Shown piece after piece: positions 21,186 to 32,376 of a DNA stretch of 64,000 nucleotides. The stretch is from contig OX337235.1 of NCBI GenBank assembly GCA_946965045.2, positions 3,658,001 through 3,722,000 on the forward strand, given 5' to 3'. How positions within the stretch are numbered: position 1 is the stretch's first letter; each line of letters starts with the position of its first letter. Both the position numbers and the translations under genes were made by a program. The notes below the pieces were generated by a model. The model saw only the letters and a program-made list of their open reading frames with translations, did not search any database and was not told the origin of the DNA. This stretch comes from Epithemia pelagica. Taxonomy: Eukaryota; Protista; Bacillariophyta.

Positions 21186-24100
21186 ATGATGAAAGAATCT
21201 AGTGAGGCCATTCCGCCGCAACAGCCGACAGAGGAAAAGGAGGACTGTACCTTGTCCTCTCCTCTGCCAGAGGAAACGCCGGATCCTGTTCCTCGACTAC
21301 CTCACGATCCGCATTATCAAGCCACGTGTACGTCGCAAACCATTCCTGGTACCTCCGTATTGTCGTCCACTCTATTGACGACGCCCACACGAACAATGGT
21401 CGATTCCGAACAAGAAGAACAAGAACAAAAGGAGCAGTCGGCTCAACGACAATGTGTGGGACCACCCGTGTTGTTCAAGGAAGATCCACCCGTCTCGTCC
21501 CTGTCCGATTCCTCCTCCTCGGCCTCGTCATCCTCCTCCTCAGCATCGTTATCCTCTGGCTCGGGTGCTGCCATGTCGTCGTCCTTGTCGACGTTGGATC
21601 GTCCGATCCAGCCGCCGCCGCGTCGTCCGGGTCGTGGTCGGAGTCGTTTGGGCCGTCGTTCGACCAAGCCATTCCGGGTACTGCGGTCCAGTAGTGTCTG
21701 GCATGCCACCACCACAACGACCAGAACAAGGACCAGAACCACAACGATCAAGGCACCGCAACCAGCACAACCAGCACAACAATCCCAACGACTCGTGTCA
21801 CGTGCCGCTACCGCCGAAGCACGACAAGATGTCGAATCCCAAACGACGGGGCGACCACAGGGTAGTACCAGTAGTACCGTCCAGCGGTTCCACGACAAGC
21901 ACAACCACAACAAGAGCCAGAACCAACCAAACAACAACAACGACCCCACCAACCCGAAACGAGGCAACGACGAGGAAAAGGATGACACGAGTGAGGAATT
22001 GGTGCCTCTCATGCTTCCCGATCCGCCCGCCACGGGCAATCCAGTAGCACAAGCAGCAGCAGCACCATCATCCTCATCCGTTTGGAGACTGTCCTCTTCC
22101 TCCTGGACCGCCGCCGCCGCCACCATTTCAAACTGGGTTCCACAACACATGGTGGACCAACGGACAACTAGTACGGCTGCCACAGATTCCCTGTGGCACG
22201 ACTGGACCCGTTGGACGCGCAGTGAACCCTTTCCGAATGACACCACCACCACCAACAACCACAACAACAACAACAACACTGGCAAACCAACAACCACAAC
22301 ATCCACAACGACGACGACGACGACGATCCAGCCAATGGTGGGTGGCCATGAAACCAGCACCACCAACAACAACTGGTCGTGGCCTCGCGTACCATTCGTT
22401 CGGTCGACCGACGCGGTTCCTTCAAGGGATGGTAGAATGTGCTCTCAACAACAGCAAGAGGAACAAAACCCCAACGAAACGAAACAAGAACCAGAACACG
22501 CAGCCACAGCTACAACAAGCCAACCATTGGTGATGGTTGACCCGAATGCCTCCTCTTCGTACAGGACGATGGAATTTCAGGCTCCCATCCGATTACAGGA
22601 TCCGGGTGCGACACGAATGACAGCCGTCGCCCAAGCCGTTTCGTCGTGTTCCTCCTTCCATTCGTGCCCACCCATGAATGAGGATTGGAACAATCCGGTA
22701 CCCATTCCAGAAGAAAACGACAAGGACAAGGACGATTGGGAGAAGAGTAGCAACTTGGGACCACGCTTTCAATTCCTGCACGATTTGGTCTTGAATCATA
22801 CGTGCACCAGTTGGGCCAAAGATACCACGGCCACGACCCTTCCAGCCGCCACCACAACCGTTCGGGAACCGTCATTGTTGTCACCCGCACAGTCCGATAA
22901 TACGGACCGGACGAGGACAGGGGCGCCGCCGACCGCCTCACCAAGAACTCAGCCAGCTGCTGATCCATCTACACCGCTGTCGTCATCGGCCTTGGAATAC
23001 TGGATGGGTGGTTCGTATTATCGTCGATTGCTCAGCTCTGGCAATACGGCAGCAGCAGCAGTAGATCCGTCCCTGGGTCACATTCACAACAACCAGAGTA
23101 TTCCAGCAGTGCCACAAGTCCAGAAAAACCAACACGCGATGGAACCGGATGGTGATAAGGACAAGCACAACGACACTGATGGCAATCAGAGCAGTTTGCA
23201 CTGCTGCAATCGGAATGGACTGGACGACGACGACGACTTGTTGGCGTCCCCTGCACGCCCTCGCCCACGATTGGAAACCGCTCCTGCTCGGGATGTACAA
23301 GCGTCGGTTCCTAGTATCACCACCACAGCGACGGACCCTTGGACTAGAGCCTGTACTGCACCAAACCCAAGCCCCACCATGTTGAACCATACTGCTGCTG
23401 TCGAGTCCTCATCACCTGCACAGATGGAGGAGGAATCCACTGGTTTGTTGTTGTCCCATTCCGAGGGTAAACCAAACCGTTGTTCCACAACGACCCATTC
23501 CTCCAAATGTGTCGTTGTGACATTGGCTTCTACGACACCACCATTGTCTCCGCGTGTACGACGCATTGATCCCATTCCGGGAACCCCGTCCTCCACGGTG
23601 AGACGAGGACACGTGACGGATGCCAGCCACGTCTCATCACCACAACCAGCACCACAAAACACGGTCCACTCATCCCCCAAGACGCTACTGGAAGATGCCG
23701 AGACGGAAAGTATTTCCGACATGGTACAAGTCCTGCATCAATACTTGAGCCTGATTGAACGACAACCATCTCATTCCGATGATGCAGTCTCGATCTCGTC
23801 GTGTTCTTCCTCCAAGCCCTTGTCTCCAGCATCTCTCGGTTCATTTCCAGCAACGAATACAGGAGGGGCATCCGACGCAGTCATGCGCACGACCAACGAC
23901 ACTCCTCATGTTCCTCCTCTTGACACAGTGCCTCTCAATCAAGCATTGTCCTATCTGCAATCCAATCAACGTCCCATTCTCTTTGACAGTGAAATGGAGG
24001 AAGACGAAAGTGGAGAAGGTATTACTACCGACAATGGCAATGAGGCCGACGATGAAGCCAATGGTGACGACCGCGATGGTACCACGCCCATTACTACTGG

Positions 24101-25265
24101 AAATCCCGTCAGTATTCCCCCTCTTTCGGATGCTATGGTTCCAGCTATGGATCTTGACAATTCCAATGACGACGACAACGACAGTGAGGATCATGTCACT
24201 GCCGCCTCCATGGCACTCTTGCGAGCCACCTTGATGGAGCAGCAACTACAAGAACAAAAACTCGAGTACCACAATTATCATGGTAGCCCGACCACACTGA
24301 TGATGGATCAAATGTTGTCCGTGTCGTCCTTGATTCACCCGACGTCGTCCAGTGACAGCAATGGCAACACGAGCGATACGGATACGACAAGCAATGCAGC
24401 CGAGGATACCTCATCGTGTGGTGGTAGCGTGCAACCAATGGGACTGGTCTTTTTCCAACAGCCGCAGCAGCAAAAGCAAGTACCATTCAAATCGCTCCTG
24501 TCCACGAAACCAAGCGCGGCGGAATCAACACCGGACAAACAACAAGACCATGAGTCGAGTGCCATTGTCAAACCACAAACGACAAAAGACGCCACAGCAA
24601 CGGAAGAGGACATTGGCAATTCCAATGATAGTAGCATTCTTTCAGATGAGACTGACAGTTTCAAGAGTTGCCTTCTCGCTCTATCCACCAGTGAGGCCTC
24701 CTGTCCAAACACTGATGACACGTCGAATTCAGAACTTTCTGAGACAGAGACAGTGGCACAAGCCCAAAACCGTGAACGAGACAATGATATCCCACCGATG
24801 CACTGTCCCCAAGAAGCTTTGCTCGATGACTCCATGTCCAATAGCGTGCCATCGAACCAGAGCAAGGATATCGAAAACGTATCCGAATCTGGTACCAGCG
24901 GCAACCTTGCAGAAATGTGTTTGAGTGTGGCTCGATATATTCTGTGGTGTATGTTGGCCTTGAGCCTGGCACTTAGTTTGGCTGGACCCGACAAGCTCCA
25001 AGCATTGTCCTTGTCCATGCAACGACGGCAACAAGAATACTTTTCTTCAGTCAACGTGACGCAAGTGTACCTTCAGCTTCAGGATTTCACCAAGCCTTGG
25101 ACCGAATCGGCGCACTCTTTTTCGGAAATGAGTCTTGTCCGTCCCACGTTGGGCGTTGTACTTCGCAACACCGTTCGATTGACATGGAGAACCGCGGCCA
25201 TGAACACGAAACTTTGGAATCCACAAAGCACTTTCTACGAGTACTGTTCCAGTACTTTAAGGTAG
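21186..25265 (+). CDS. ~1359-aa low-complexity protein with one C-terminal hydrophobic helix
   Basis: 4.1-kb uninterrupted ORF, ACCATGATG start at 21186, TM-like ARYILWCMLALSLALSLAG. Divergently transcribed from the previous gene. Confidence 0.8.
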   Translation: MMKESSEAIPPQQPTEEKEDCTLSSPLPEETPDPVPRLPHDPHYQATCTSQTIPGTSVLSSTLLTTPTRTMVDSEQEEQEQKEQSAQRQCVGPPVLFKEDPPVSSLSDSSSSASSSSSSASLSSGSGAAMSSSLSTLDRPIQPPPRRPGRGRSRLGRRSTKPFRVLRSSSVWHATTTTTRTRTRTTTIKAPQPAQPAQQSQRLVSRAATAEARQDVESQTTGRPQGSTSSTVQRFHDKHNHNKSQNQPNNNNDPTNPKRGNDEEKDDTSEELVPLMLPDPPATGNPVAQAAAAPSSSSVWRLSSSSWTAAAATISNWVPQHMVDQRTTSTAATDSLWHDWTRWTRSEPFPNDTTTTNNHNNNNNTGKPTTTTSTTTTTTTIQPMVGGHETSTTNNNWSWPRVPFVRSTDAVPSRDGRMCSQQQQEEQNPNETKQEPEHAATATTSQPLVMVDPNASSSYRTMEFQAPIRLQDPGATRMTAVAQAVSSCSSFHSCPPMNEDWNNPVPIPEENDKDKDDWEKSSNLGPRFQFLHDLVLNHTCTSWAKDTTATTLPAATTTVREPSLLSPAQSDNTDRTRTGAPPTASPRTQPAADPSTPLSSSALEYWMGGSYYRRLLSSGNTAAAAVDPSLGHIHNNQSIPAVPQVQKNQHAMEPDGDKDKHNDTDGNQSSLHCCNRNGLDDDDDLLASPARPRPRLETAPARDVQASVPSITTTATDPWTRACTAPNPSPTMLNHTAAVESSSPAQMEEESTGLLLSHSEGKPNRCSTTTHSSKCVVVTLASTTPPLSPRVRRIDPIPGTPSSTVRRGHVTDASHVSSPQPAPQNTVHSSPKTLLEDAETESISDMVQVLHQYLSLIERQPSHSDDAVSISSCSSSKPLSPASLGSFPATNTGGASDAVMRTTNDTPHVPPLDTVPLNQALSYLQSNQRPILFDSEMEEDESGEGITTDNGNEADDEANGDDRDGTTPITTGNPVSIPPLSDAMVPAMDLDNSNDDDNDSEDHVTAASMALLRATLMEQQLQEQKLEYHNYHGSPTTLMMDQMLSVSSLIHPTSSSDSNGNTSDTDTTSNAAEDTSSCGGSVQPMGLVFFQQPQQQKQVPFKSLLSTKPSAAESTPDKQQDHESSAIVKPQTTKDATATEEDIGNSNDSSILSDETDSFKSCLLALSTSEASCPNTDDTSNSELSETETVAQAQNRERDNDIPPMHCPQEALLDDSMSNSVPSNQSKDIENVSESGTSGNLAEMCLSVARYILWCMLALSLALSLAGPDKLQALSLSMQRRQQEYFSSVNVTQVYLQLQDFTKPWTESAHSFSEMSLVRPTLGVVLRNTVRLTWRTAAMNTKLWNPQSTFYEYCSSTLR

Positions 25266-25895
25266 GTTTCGAGTGCGCTCAACCCAAGGCCTGTGCACTA
25301 GATGCTCACCAACCATTACTCTTTTCTTGCCTCTTGTTCACTCTTTGTCCAGGAACATGTGGCGTGAACTCTCTCAGCCTTACGAAAGCCATGGTCCACA
25401 GACTGAGGAAGCCGCATCATAGCATGCCCCTTCAAGGCATACCCTAAAGCCCATGAACGCATATCTCTGATTCAACAAAGCCCTTGGTGACAAAACCGCA
25501 TCCCATTGCGAGACAAAGTAAAACAAGCAAAGGAAATTCAACGAGGACATGGGCCGGTGATTCCATATAACAAGTATTGCTATTCGTTTCTCATTCTTTT
25601 GAGATCACCCAATTTTGTTGTGTAGGATGGTTCGTCAGAGAATTGTATGTTGTCTTTGTAGCAGGAAAGTAGGATGGTTCGTCAGAGAATTGAATTTTGT
25701 CTTTATAGCAGGAGAACTCGCGATCCTCAACGATCCTCTGACAACAAACAACACAGATCATATCTTGCAACATTTTCGTTCTACTTTTCAGTTACCATTC
25801 TCTATACTAGGATTGCTACTGTGAACGTAGAAAACAAGCCACTCGATTGAGAACAACACGTCTAGGTTTGATCCTTCCCTTCGTCACCATGGCAT

Positions 25896-27122
25896 CTAGG
25901 GAGAATTTGGCCATGCTCGTTTACGAGGCAATGTTGAGGTCAAGCAGGGCCGTACATAGTCATTCCCCATACTACCCGTTACATTAACATCTTGGGAACC
26001 TGATCCTTCTAGAGAATGATACCGTTCGTTCCATGGCTGTCCACAAAGTCGACAAAAGCACCATGTATTCTTGTCCATTAATGGCAATGTCGCACAGGTA
26101 GGATCCGGATCTCCACCAATCACGGCAATTTGATTGGCAAACGTCACCATACTGCAGACTTCACGGAAATTTCCGAATGATGGGAGATTCCACACGCGGT
26201 TGCGAAGCGTATCCAAGACTTGCACGGTTCGACTGTGTGGTTCTGCCACCACCAGACAAGATCCTACGGAAGCCACTAAACAAAAACCTGGGTCGGAAAG
26301 CACCAAATCAGATAGAGTCGTCTTCCAAGCGGCCGAGAAGGAAATGACTGTAGACAAAGTGTCGTCGTTTCTCTCCTCATTGTCACAGCGCTTTGTAAAG
26401 TCCAAATACTCGACCAACGTATTGGTTGTGGAGCCTCCAATGACAAAGATGCGGTGGCCGACGACCGCACTGGCACACCATGATCGTGAAACAGTCATAC
26501 TTGGTCCAGCCGTGACAGTGTGGGTACTGGTATCAACAACATCCACATCCACCGACGATAAGTTGTCGTGCCCCCTGGTCGATCCGCCCATTACAACAAT
26601 GTATCTATTGTACACCGCAACAGCACGGCATCCACGTCGCCCCGTTGACAATCGACAGTCCAGTGTCGTCCACTTGGTCTCATGTGTGCTGTTGGATGTT
26701 GAAGAAAATGATTGTAGCAAATCATTCGCATCAATTCGTTCCATGCAATCTAACATTGGGCCAAAAAAGCCTCCACCGCCACCCATTACATAAACTCCAC
26801 CATTGCACACAACAGCGGCATGTGATTGACGACTCTGATTCATGGGCGGTCCTTCGCACCACAGCTTGTTTGGGTCTGCTAAATTCAATCCATGAACAGA
26901 TTTGGTCATATTGTACCGGTTGTCGTATCCACCCACGACGACGACCGTTTGTCCGTTGTTGCTGTTATTGATGTCCTTGTCCTTAGCGGGATGATTCAGT
27001 ACCACCGAAGCATGACGCCAACGCCATCCACCCTCAAGAGGAGGCAAGTCGGTTTCATTCCATTTCTCGTCCGAAAGGACAAGGCCCGATTGACGTGCTT
27101 TTTCTTTCAGTGCCATGCTCAT
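25896..27122 (-). CDS. Kelch-propeller-only protein K4 (408 aa)
   Basis: Intact paralogous ORF; N-terminus nearly identical to K3. Confidence 0.92.
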   Translation of the reverse strand: MSMALKEKARQSGLVLSDEKWNETDLPPLEGGWRWRHASVVLNHPAKDKDINNSNNGQTVVVVGGYDNRYNMTKSVHGLNLADPNKLWCEGPPMNQSRQSHAAVVCNGGVYVMGGGGGFFGPMLDCMERIDANDLLQSFSSTSNSTHETKWTTLDCRLSTGRRGCRAVAVYNRYIVVMGGSTRGHDNLSSVDVDVVDTSTHTVTAGPSMTVSRSWCASAVVGHRIFVIGGSTTNTLVEYLDFTKRCDNEERNDDTLSTVISFSAAWKTTLSDLVLSDPGFCLVASVGSCLVVAEPHSRTVQVLDTLRNRVWNLPSFGNFREVCSMVTFANQIAVIGGDPDPTCATLPLMDKNTWCFCRLCGQPWNERYHSLEGSGSQDVNVTGSMGNDYVRPCLTSTLPRKRAWPNSP

Positions 27123-27325
27123 GGTGACTTTTCACTTTTGGTAAGCATTCTGTTATGACGGTGTTGTCTGCTTGCTGTTTTGCTATTGGTATAGTTCGTG
27201 AGAGGTGACAGATGATGACTGATATGTGTGCGGATTGCGGATGTATGATGATGATAGAATCCGACTTTTTGTCCCACAAAAGCGTGAGTTTTTTTGGGGG
27301 GGGGGGTCGGAATTTGGTTGGGTGA

Positions 27326-27370
27326 GTCTATTTGAAGTTGCCGCCGGGCGCGCACAAAAGACCCTATGGG
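27326..27370 (-). promoter_or_regulatory. Conserved kelch upstream motif, copy 4
   Basis: Reverse complement CCCATAGGGTCTTTTGTGCGCGCCCGGCGGCAACTTCAAATAGAC upstream of K4. Confidence 0.6.
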
Positions 27371-29344
27371 AGTATTATTGGAAGGATGACGAAGCCATTG
27401 CACCGAGAGATTCTGTTTTGTAATATACAAACCCCATATAAAAGAACTGTAGGATCAAGACGAACGACATTCTTTCGGCGCAAAGTCGCTCACAAACCAC
27501 AGTGACTCGTCGCAGGAGTTCGCAGCATGTGGACCAGAGAGGGATATGGGAAGGACGTCGTTTGGTAGTACAATGGGTAATGTGCGGCATAAAGGGACCA
27601 GTGCCATACTAGTAAGAGTGACCACGGCAGCAATGGCCTCGTCACAGAATACCGGAAGCATCACCACAAGATGCAATGACGACGAAAGACAGTCTTACCA
27701 TTGTTCCATGATGATACCCATCACAACAAGCAAACCAGAAAGACATGGGCAATACCCACGGCACGAATGCCAAGGAACCAAACACCACCACTTTGTCCTA
27801 CGAAGGTGTTTACCAAATGTCGAATGTCATTTCCCAATACCTGGATACAAAGAGAAGAAGAGAAACAGAAGAAGGAGCAAGCCACCACTCTTCCCGCAGA
27901 CTCATCCTTCATGAGCACCACACAGAAATAGCCAGAAACGAGGGGCGTTGCATCACGGCACCCAATAATGAGGATTCGAAAAAAGAAAACCAACTCCACC
28001 GCAAAGCAGATTTGATTTTACCAAGGATTCGTTCACCTCTGTTATATAGTATTACGACAAAGCGATCCACCCTCGAACCACCACGACAAAAGAACCGGAC
28101 AATCGACGCCACCACCATGTGCTCCCAACCACGAAACTTCTGGACACCCGCACGAAACAGAAAAATGACCCATACGACCGAAGAAGACCACACACGACAA
28201 TAACAACGACAACTAGGCAGTGATGTCCCTAGAGGCCAATATCAGACACTGCACCAAGGCCACAGACAGTGACCAATTCAAATGGGCGTTTTTGTTCTGG
28301 AGGCAAAAGAACGTTACTGTCACCGGTTCCAAGAATCTAGTCTGCCCGCAACAGCATTCTTCCAATGGCGCGGTTTCAGTGACAATCCACAAATTTCAAA
28401 AACAAAAAGAATCTGACGACCAGATTGTTTTTATAAGATGTTGCAAATGATGCACCACCGACTTGCAACAAGAACCTACACCGAGGGTTGCTACAGAACA
28501 ACAACAAGTGCAAGTCCACGAGAAGGACTGTCTTGTAGTAATGGCACGAAGACTCCATCCATGAGACCAACAATGTCCGTGAAATAGGTGAGATAATATT
28601 GCTGGCACCTGGGACTTTGACTAGGAAATTGGATGACCAGAGCAACAAGTAGACAAAACAAACTGGATGGACAGCGCAACCAATTTATAGGGGTTATCGA
28701 GACGCATTACTAGGATAAAATCGACACCACCTGGTAGCGGCGTGAGATTGCATTGCTGTTCTTTTTCAAACTGTCAGTGCCCACCGATCGATTGAGTCCA
28801 CCACACACTATAGCAACCTGAGTATATAGAAACATGGGGCATTCCACCGGCTTGCACTCAGAGGGATTGGAGGACATGCCTCCCGCTGTAGATAGCAATG
28901 GCCTAGAGACTGAGGAGTCCGGATCATAGCACGTCCCTTCAAGGCATACCCTAAAACCCCCGAACGCATGTATCTGATTCAAGAAAGCCCTTGGTGCGAA
29001 AGCTGAATCTCATGACGAGACAACGAAACACTACAAGCAAAGGAAAATTAATCATATGGATCGGCGATTCCATATAAACAATTATCGCTACATTTCGTTC
29101 ATTCTTTTGAGATCATCCAATATTATTTTGTAGGCTGGCTCGACAGAGGATTTTACGAATGTCTTTGTAGCGGGAGAATGGGACAGGCCCCTTTCATTCA
29201 TTCCCGATTCTCAATGATCCTCTGACAACAAGCAAACACATCCTATCTTGTAACATCTTCGTTCTACTTTTCAGGTCCCATTATATCTACAAGGATTGCA
29301 TTTGAATGTATAAAACAAAAGTCACTCGATCGAGAACATGACGT

Positions 29345-30562
29345 CTAGATTTCATCGTTCCCTTTATCACCATGGCATCTATTTGGCCATGCTCGTTTAC
29401 GAGCCAATGGCGGGGTCAAGCAGGGTCGTACATGAACATTTCGGATACCCGATCCATTGGCATCTCGGGCACACGATCCTTCCCGAAATTGATATCGGTC
29501 GCTCCATGGTTGCTCACAGAGTCGACGAAAACACCATGTCTCCTTGTCTATTAGTGACAATGTCGCAAAGGTAGGATTCCGATGTCCACCAATCACAGCC
29601 ACTTGATTGGCACAAGTCACCATACTGCAGTCTTCATGGTGCCTCCGCAATGGCGTGAGATTCCACACGCAGTTGCGGTGCGTATCCAAGACTTCTACGG
29701 TTGGATTGTTTTCTCCTCCCGCCACAACCAGACAAGACCCAACGGCAACCACTGCACAACAATCTCGTGGGTTGGAAAGCACCAAACTAGAATGAGTCCT
29801 CCAAGTGGACGAGAAGGAAATGACTGGAGACAAAGTGTCGTCGTTTCTCTCCTCATTGTCACAAGGCTTTGTAAAGTCCAAATACTTTACTGAAGTATTG
29901 GTTGTGGAGCCTCCAACGACAAAGATGCGGTGGCCAATAACGGCACTGGCACAACATTCTCGAGGAAAATTCAAGGATGGCCCTTCAATGACAGTGTGGT
30001 TGCAGGTATCCATAATTTCAACCAACGACAATTTCCTCCAGTTCCATCCGCCCATTACAACAATGTATCGATTGTGCACCGAAACAGCACAACATCCAGA
30101 TCGTCCCCTTGATAATCGACAGTTTAATGTTGTCCAATGGCCATCATGTGTGCTGCTTGGTGTAAAGGATGACTGCAGCAAATCATTGGCATCGATCCGT
30201 TCGATAGATCGATAAAGTTCGGAATGGTCTCGTCCTCCCATTACATAGACACTTCCATTGCACACGACAGCGGCATGTTCTTCACGACCCTTATTCATTG
30301 ATGGCCCTTCTCGCCAGTGCTTGTTTAGGTCTGCCAAGTTCAATACAAGAACGGAATTGGTGACACGTCCGTCTTCGTGATAACCACCCAACAGGACGAC
30401 GGTTTGTCCCCTGGTGTTGTCCTGCTCAGCATGATTCAGTACGACCGATGCAGGAAACTCACGCCATCCACCCTTGAGAGGAGGCCAGTCGGTTTCATTC
30501 CATTTCTCGTCCGAAAGGACAAGCCCCGACTGCCATGCGTGTTCTTTCAGTGTCATGCTCAT
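29345..30562 (-). CDS. Kelch-propeller-only protein K5 (~405 aa)
   Basis: Intact ORF. The ATG at 30562 (MSMTLKEHAWQSG) aligns with the starts of the paralogs. Confidence 0.92.
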   Translation of the reverse strand: MSMTLKEHAWQSGLVLSDEKWNETDWPPLKGGWREFPASVVLNHAEQDNTRGQTVVLLGGYHEDGRVTNSVLVLNLADLNKHWREGPSMNKGREEHAAVVCNGSVYVMGGRDHSELYRSIERIDANDLLQSSFTPSSTHDGHWTTLNCRLSRGRSGCCAVSVHNRYIVVMGGWNWRKLSLVEIMDTCNHTVIEGPSLNFPRECCASAVIGHRIFVVGGSTTNTSVKYLDFTKPCDNEERNDDTLSPVISFSSTWRTHSSLVLSNPRDCCAVVAVGSCLVVAGGENNPTVEVLDTHRNCVWNLTPLRRHHEDCSMVTCANQVAVIGGHRNPTFATLSLIDKETWCFRRLCEQPWSDRYQFREGSCARDANGSGIRNVHVRPCLTPPLARKRAWPNRCHGDKGNDEI

Positions 30563-30832
30563 GGTGTATTTTTCACTTTGGTACAAGCATTGTGTAATGG
30601 CGGTGTTGTTGGTTTGCTATTTTGCGAGATTGCGAGAGACAGAAGTGACAGATGATGACTGATACACGCTCAATGCTCAATAATACTTGTGATTGAATCC
30701 GACTGATGCTGTTCGTTGTTGTTGCAGAGAGTTTTGGGGGAAGATTTCACTTTTTCTCGGGTCCCCCCTTTTCGTTTTTTGTTGTTCGTAAACCCCCCAA
30801 GGCCCCCCAACACACCTGGTTGGGGTTGGCTC

Positions 30833-30868
30833 AAGATGCCGACGGGCGCGCACAAAAGACCCTTTGGG
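30833..30868 (-). promoter_or_regulatory. Conserved kelch upstream motif, copy 5
   Basis: Reverse complement CCCAAAGGGTCTTTTGTGCGCGCCCGTCGGCATCTT upstream of K5. Confidence 0.6.
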
Positions 30869-32201
30869 TGTCTTGGAACGGATAACGCTTTTTTCGTTGC
30901 ACATGTGGTGCATAGTCATGGTTGCCTCTTGTGTGTGTTTGATTAGGGTGGTAAGTGCAATCAAAGAAGCAAGATGCCAGGCTTGTGTGAGATGCAGGAG
31001 AAAGGGTTGATGGACACAGTACAGAAACGTCTTGGACGGATTCTCCATGATGATTCATCAGCAACAAGAAAGTGTGGATTGGCCGCCACTTGACGGACAC
31101 CACCAACAGCAACACAAACTCCAGCGTCACCTACTGCGGTTACCAAGCACAATGCCACTGCCACAAAACGCAATAATCCAACGAACAAATAGAGAAATCA
31201 AGCAAAAGACCAATAAGGACAACCACGGGTATTGCATTTCATGCTGAAAATCCCAATACCACGTAGATGGAACAGTGAATCAATCCATTTCAAGCACAAG
31301 AGGATACCTTATAAAGACGACCGAGACGATGATGAGGACATGGACACTGCTAGTCACGTTGGACCTTGCTTTCAATTTCTTCGCGGATGAGATCTCAATG
31401 AGTCTGTAGGTGGGTGGAGGATTCCACAACACTTTTATCAGCAGCCGCCATTCTGGAGACTTTTCCTATTCGAAAAAGGAGGACATCAAGGTGCTTCTTT
31501 TTTCAACCCAAGCATGAGTTCCATCGAGACTTTTCCTATTCGAAAAAAACGAGGACATCAAGGTGCTTCGTTGTCAACCCAGGCAAGAGTTCCATCTTTG
31601 CCGCTGACGACCACGACGGAGAGTCTCCCTCTTCCCTCTGCAAGTATGTTGGATGGGTGGTAACAGGTGATTCGCGCAAATGGTCATGGTCTACAGCAAA
31701 AGGGTAATGGCAAAGGATCACAAAAACAAGTTGGATCGAGTGGATTGGATCGGTTCCGTCACCATGGCTCTCTAGTTTGTTACGGATACGAGGAGGAAGA
31801 ACGAACCATCTCCCAGCAATCATAGGTACTTGTTGTGAAAGGATTCTCGGTTCGGTTGCGTAGACGACCTACGCAACCACGCCGAACCTCGAACGATACC
31901 AAGCTCGGGCATTTCCTTGTACTTTTTCGTACTGGAGGATGGCACTCGACGGTTCTCAATCGTTACAAGTCAGAGACAGCTTTTGACTGTCGTCATTCTT
32001 TCGAGGCTCGTAGATGTTCCATTACCCAACAGGAAAAATGTTACGGATGTCGCCTCTCGAAAACGTCCCTCTCGTTTCCATGATGCACGAGGCACATCCG
32101 CCCAAATTCGAACAGCAGGTCTCGGGTCGAGGATTGTGAGAGATGGAGCTTGGAGACGTTACATTGCAAATTATGGGAGTCTGTGTCTGGTGGACCTCGA
32201 T

Positions 32202-32376
32202 TGTGAAAACTCTCCTACGGCCCAAGTAGATGAGTTGGACTCAGGTGGCAAAAGAGATTATGGTTAAGATCTAGAATGTTTGGATCTTTTAGGGATCGTG
32301 TAAACGTCCCCAAAATTGTGTCGCGTATACGTTGTGACCGTTGAGCACGCGAGGCGAGAATGCTATTATTTTAACA
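32202..32376 (-). repeat. 3' LTR (175 bp)
   Basis: No difference from 38331-38505 by visual comparison. On the element strand it reads TGTTAAAA...TTTTCACA. PPT GAGAGGGAG at 32385-32377. Confidence 0.97.

Larger units (their letters stand above)
25700..30870 (-). repeat. Right arm of the large inverted duplication (K5-spacer-K4)
   Basis: Reverse-complement similarity to 10644-15720 in both coding and intergenic sequence. Boundaries are approximate. Confidence 0.8.

Noticed and set aside
25623-25716. 47-bp direct duplication in the K4 3' flank
   Set aside because: A local slippage duplication absent from the sister flanks, with no evidence of function.
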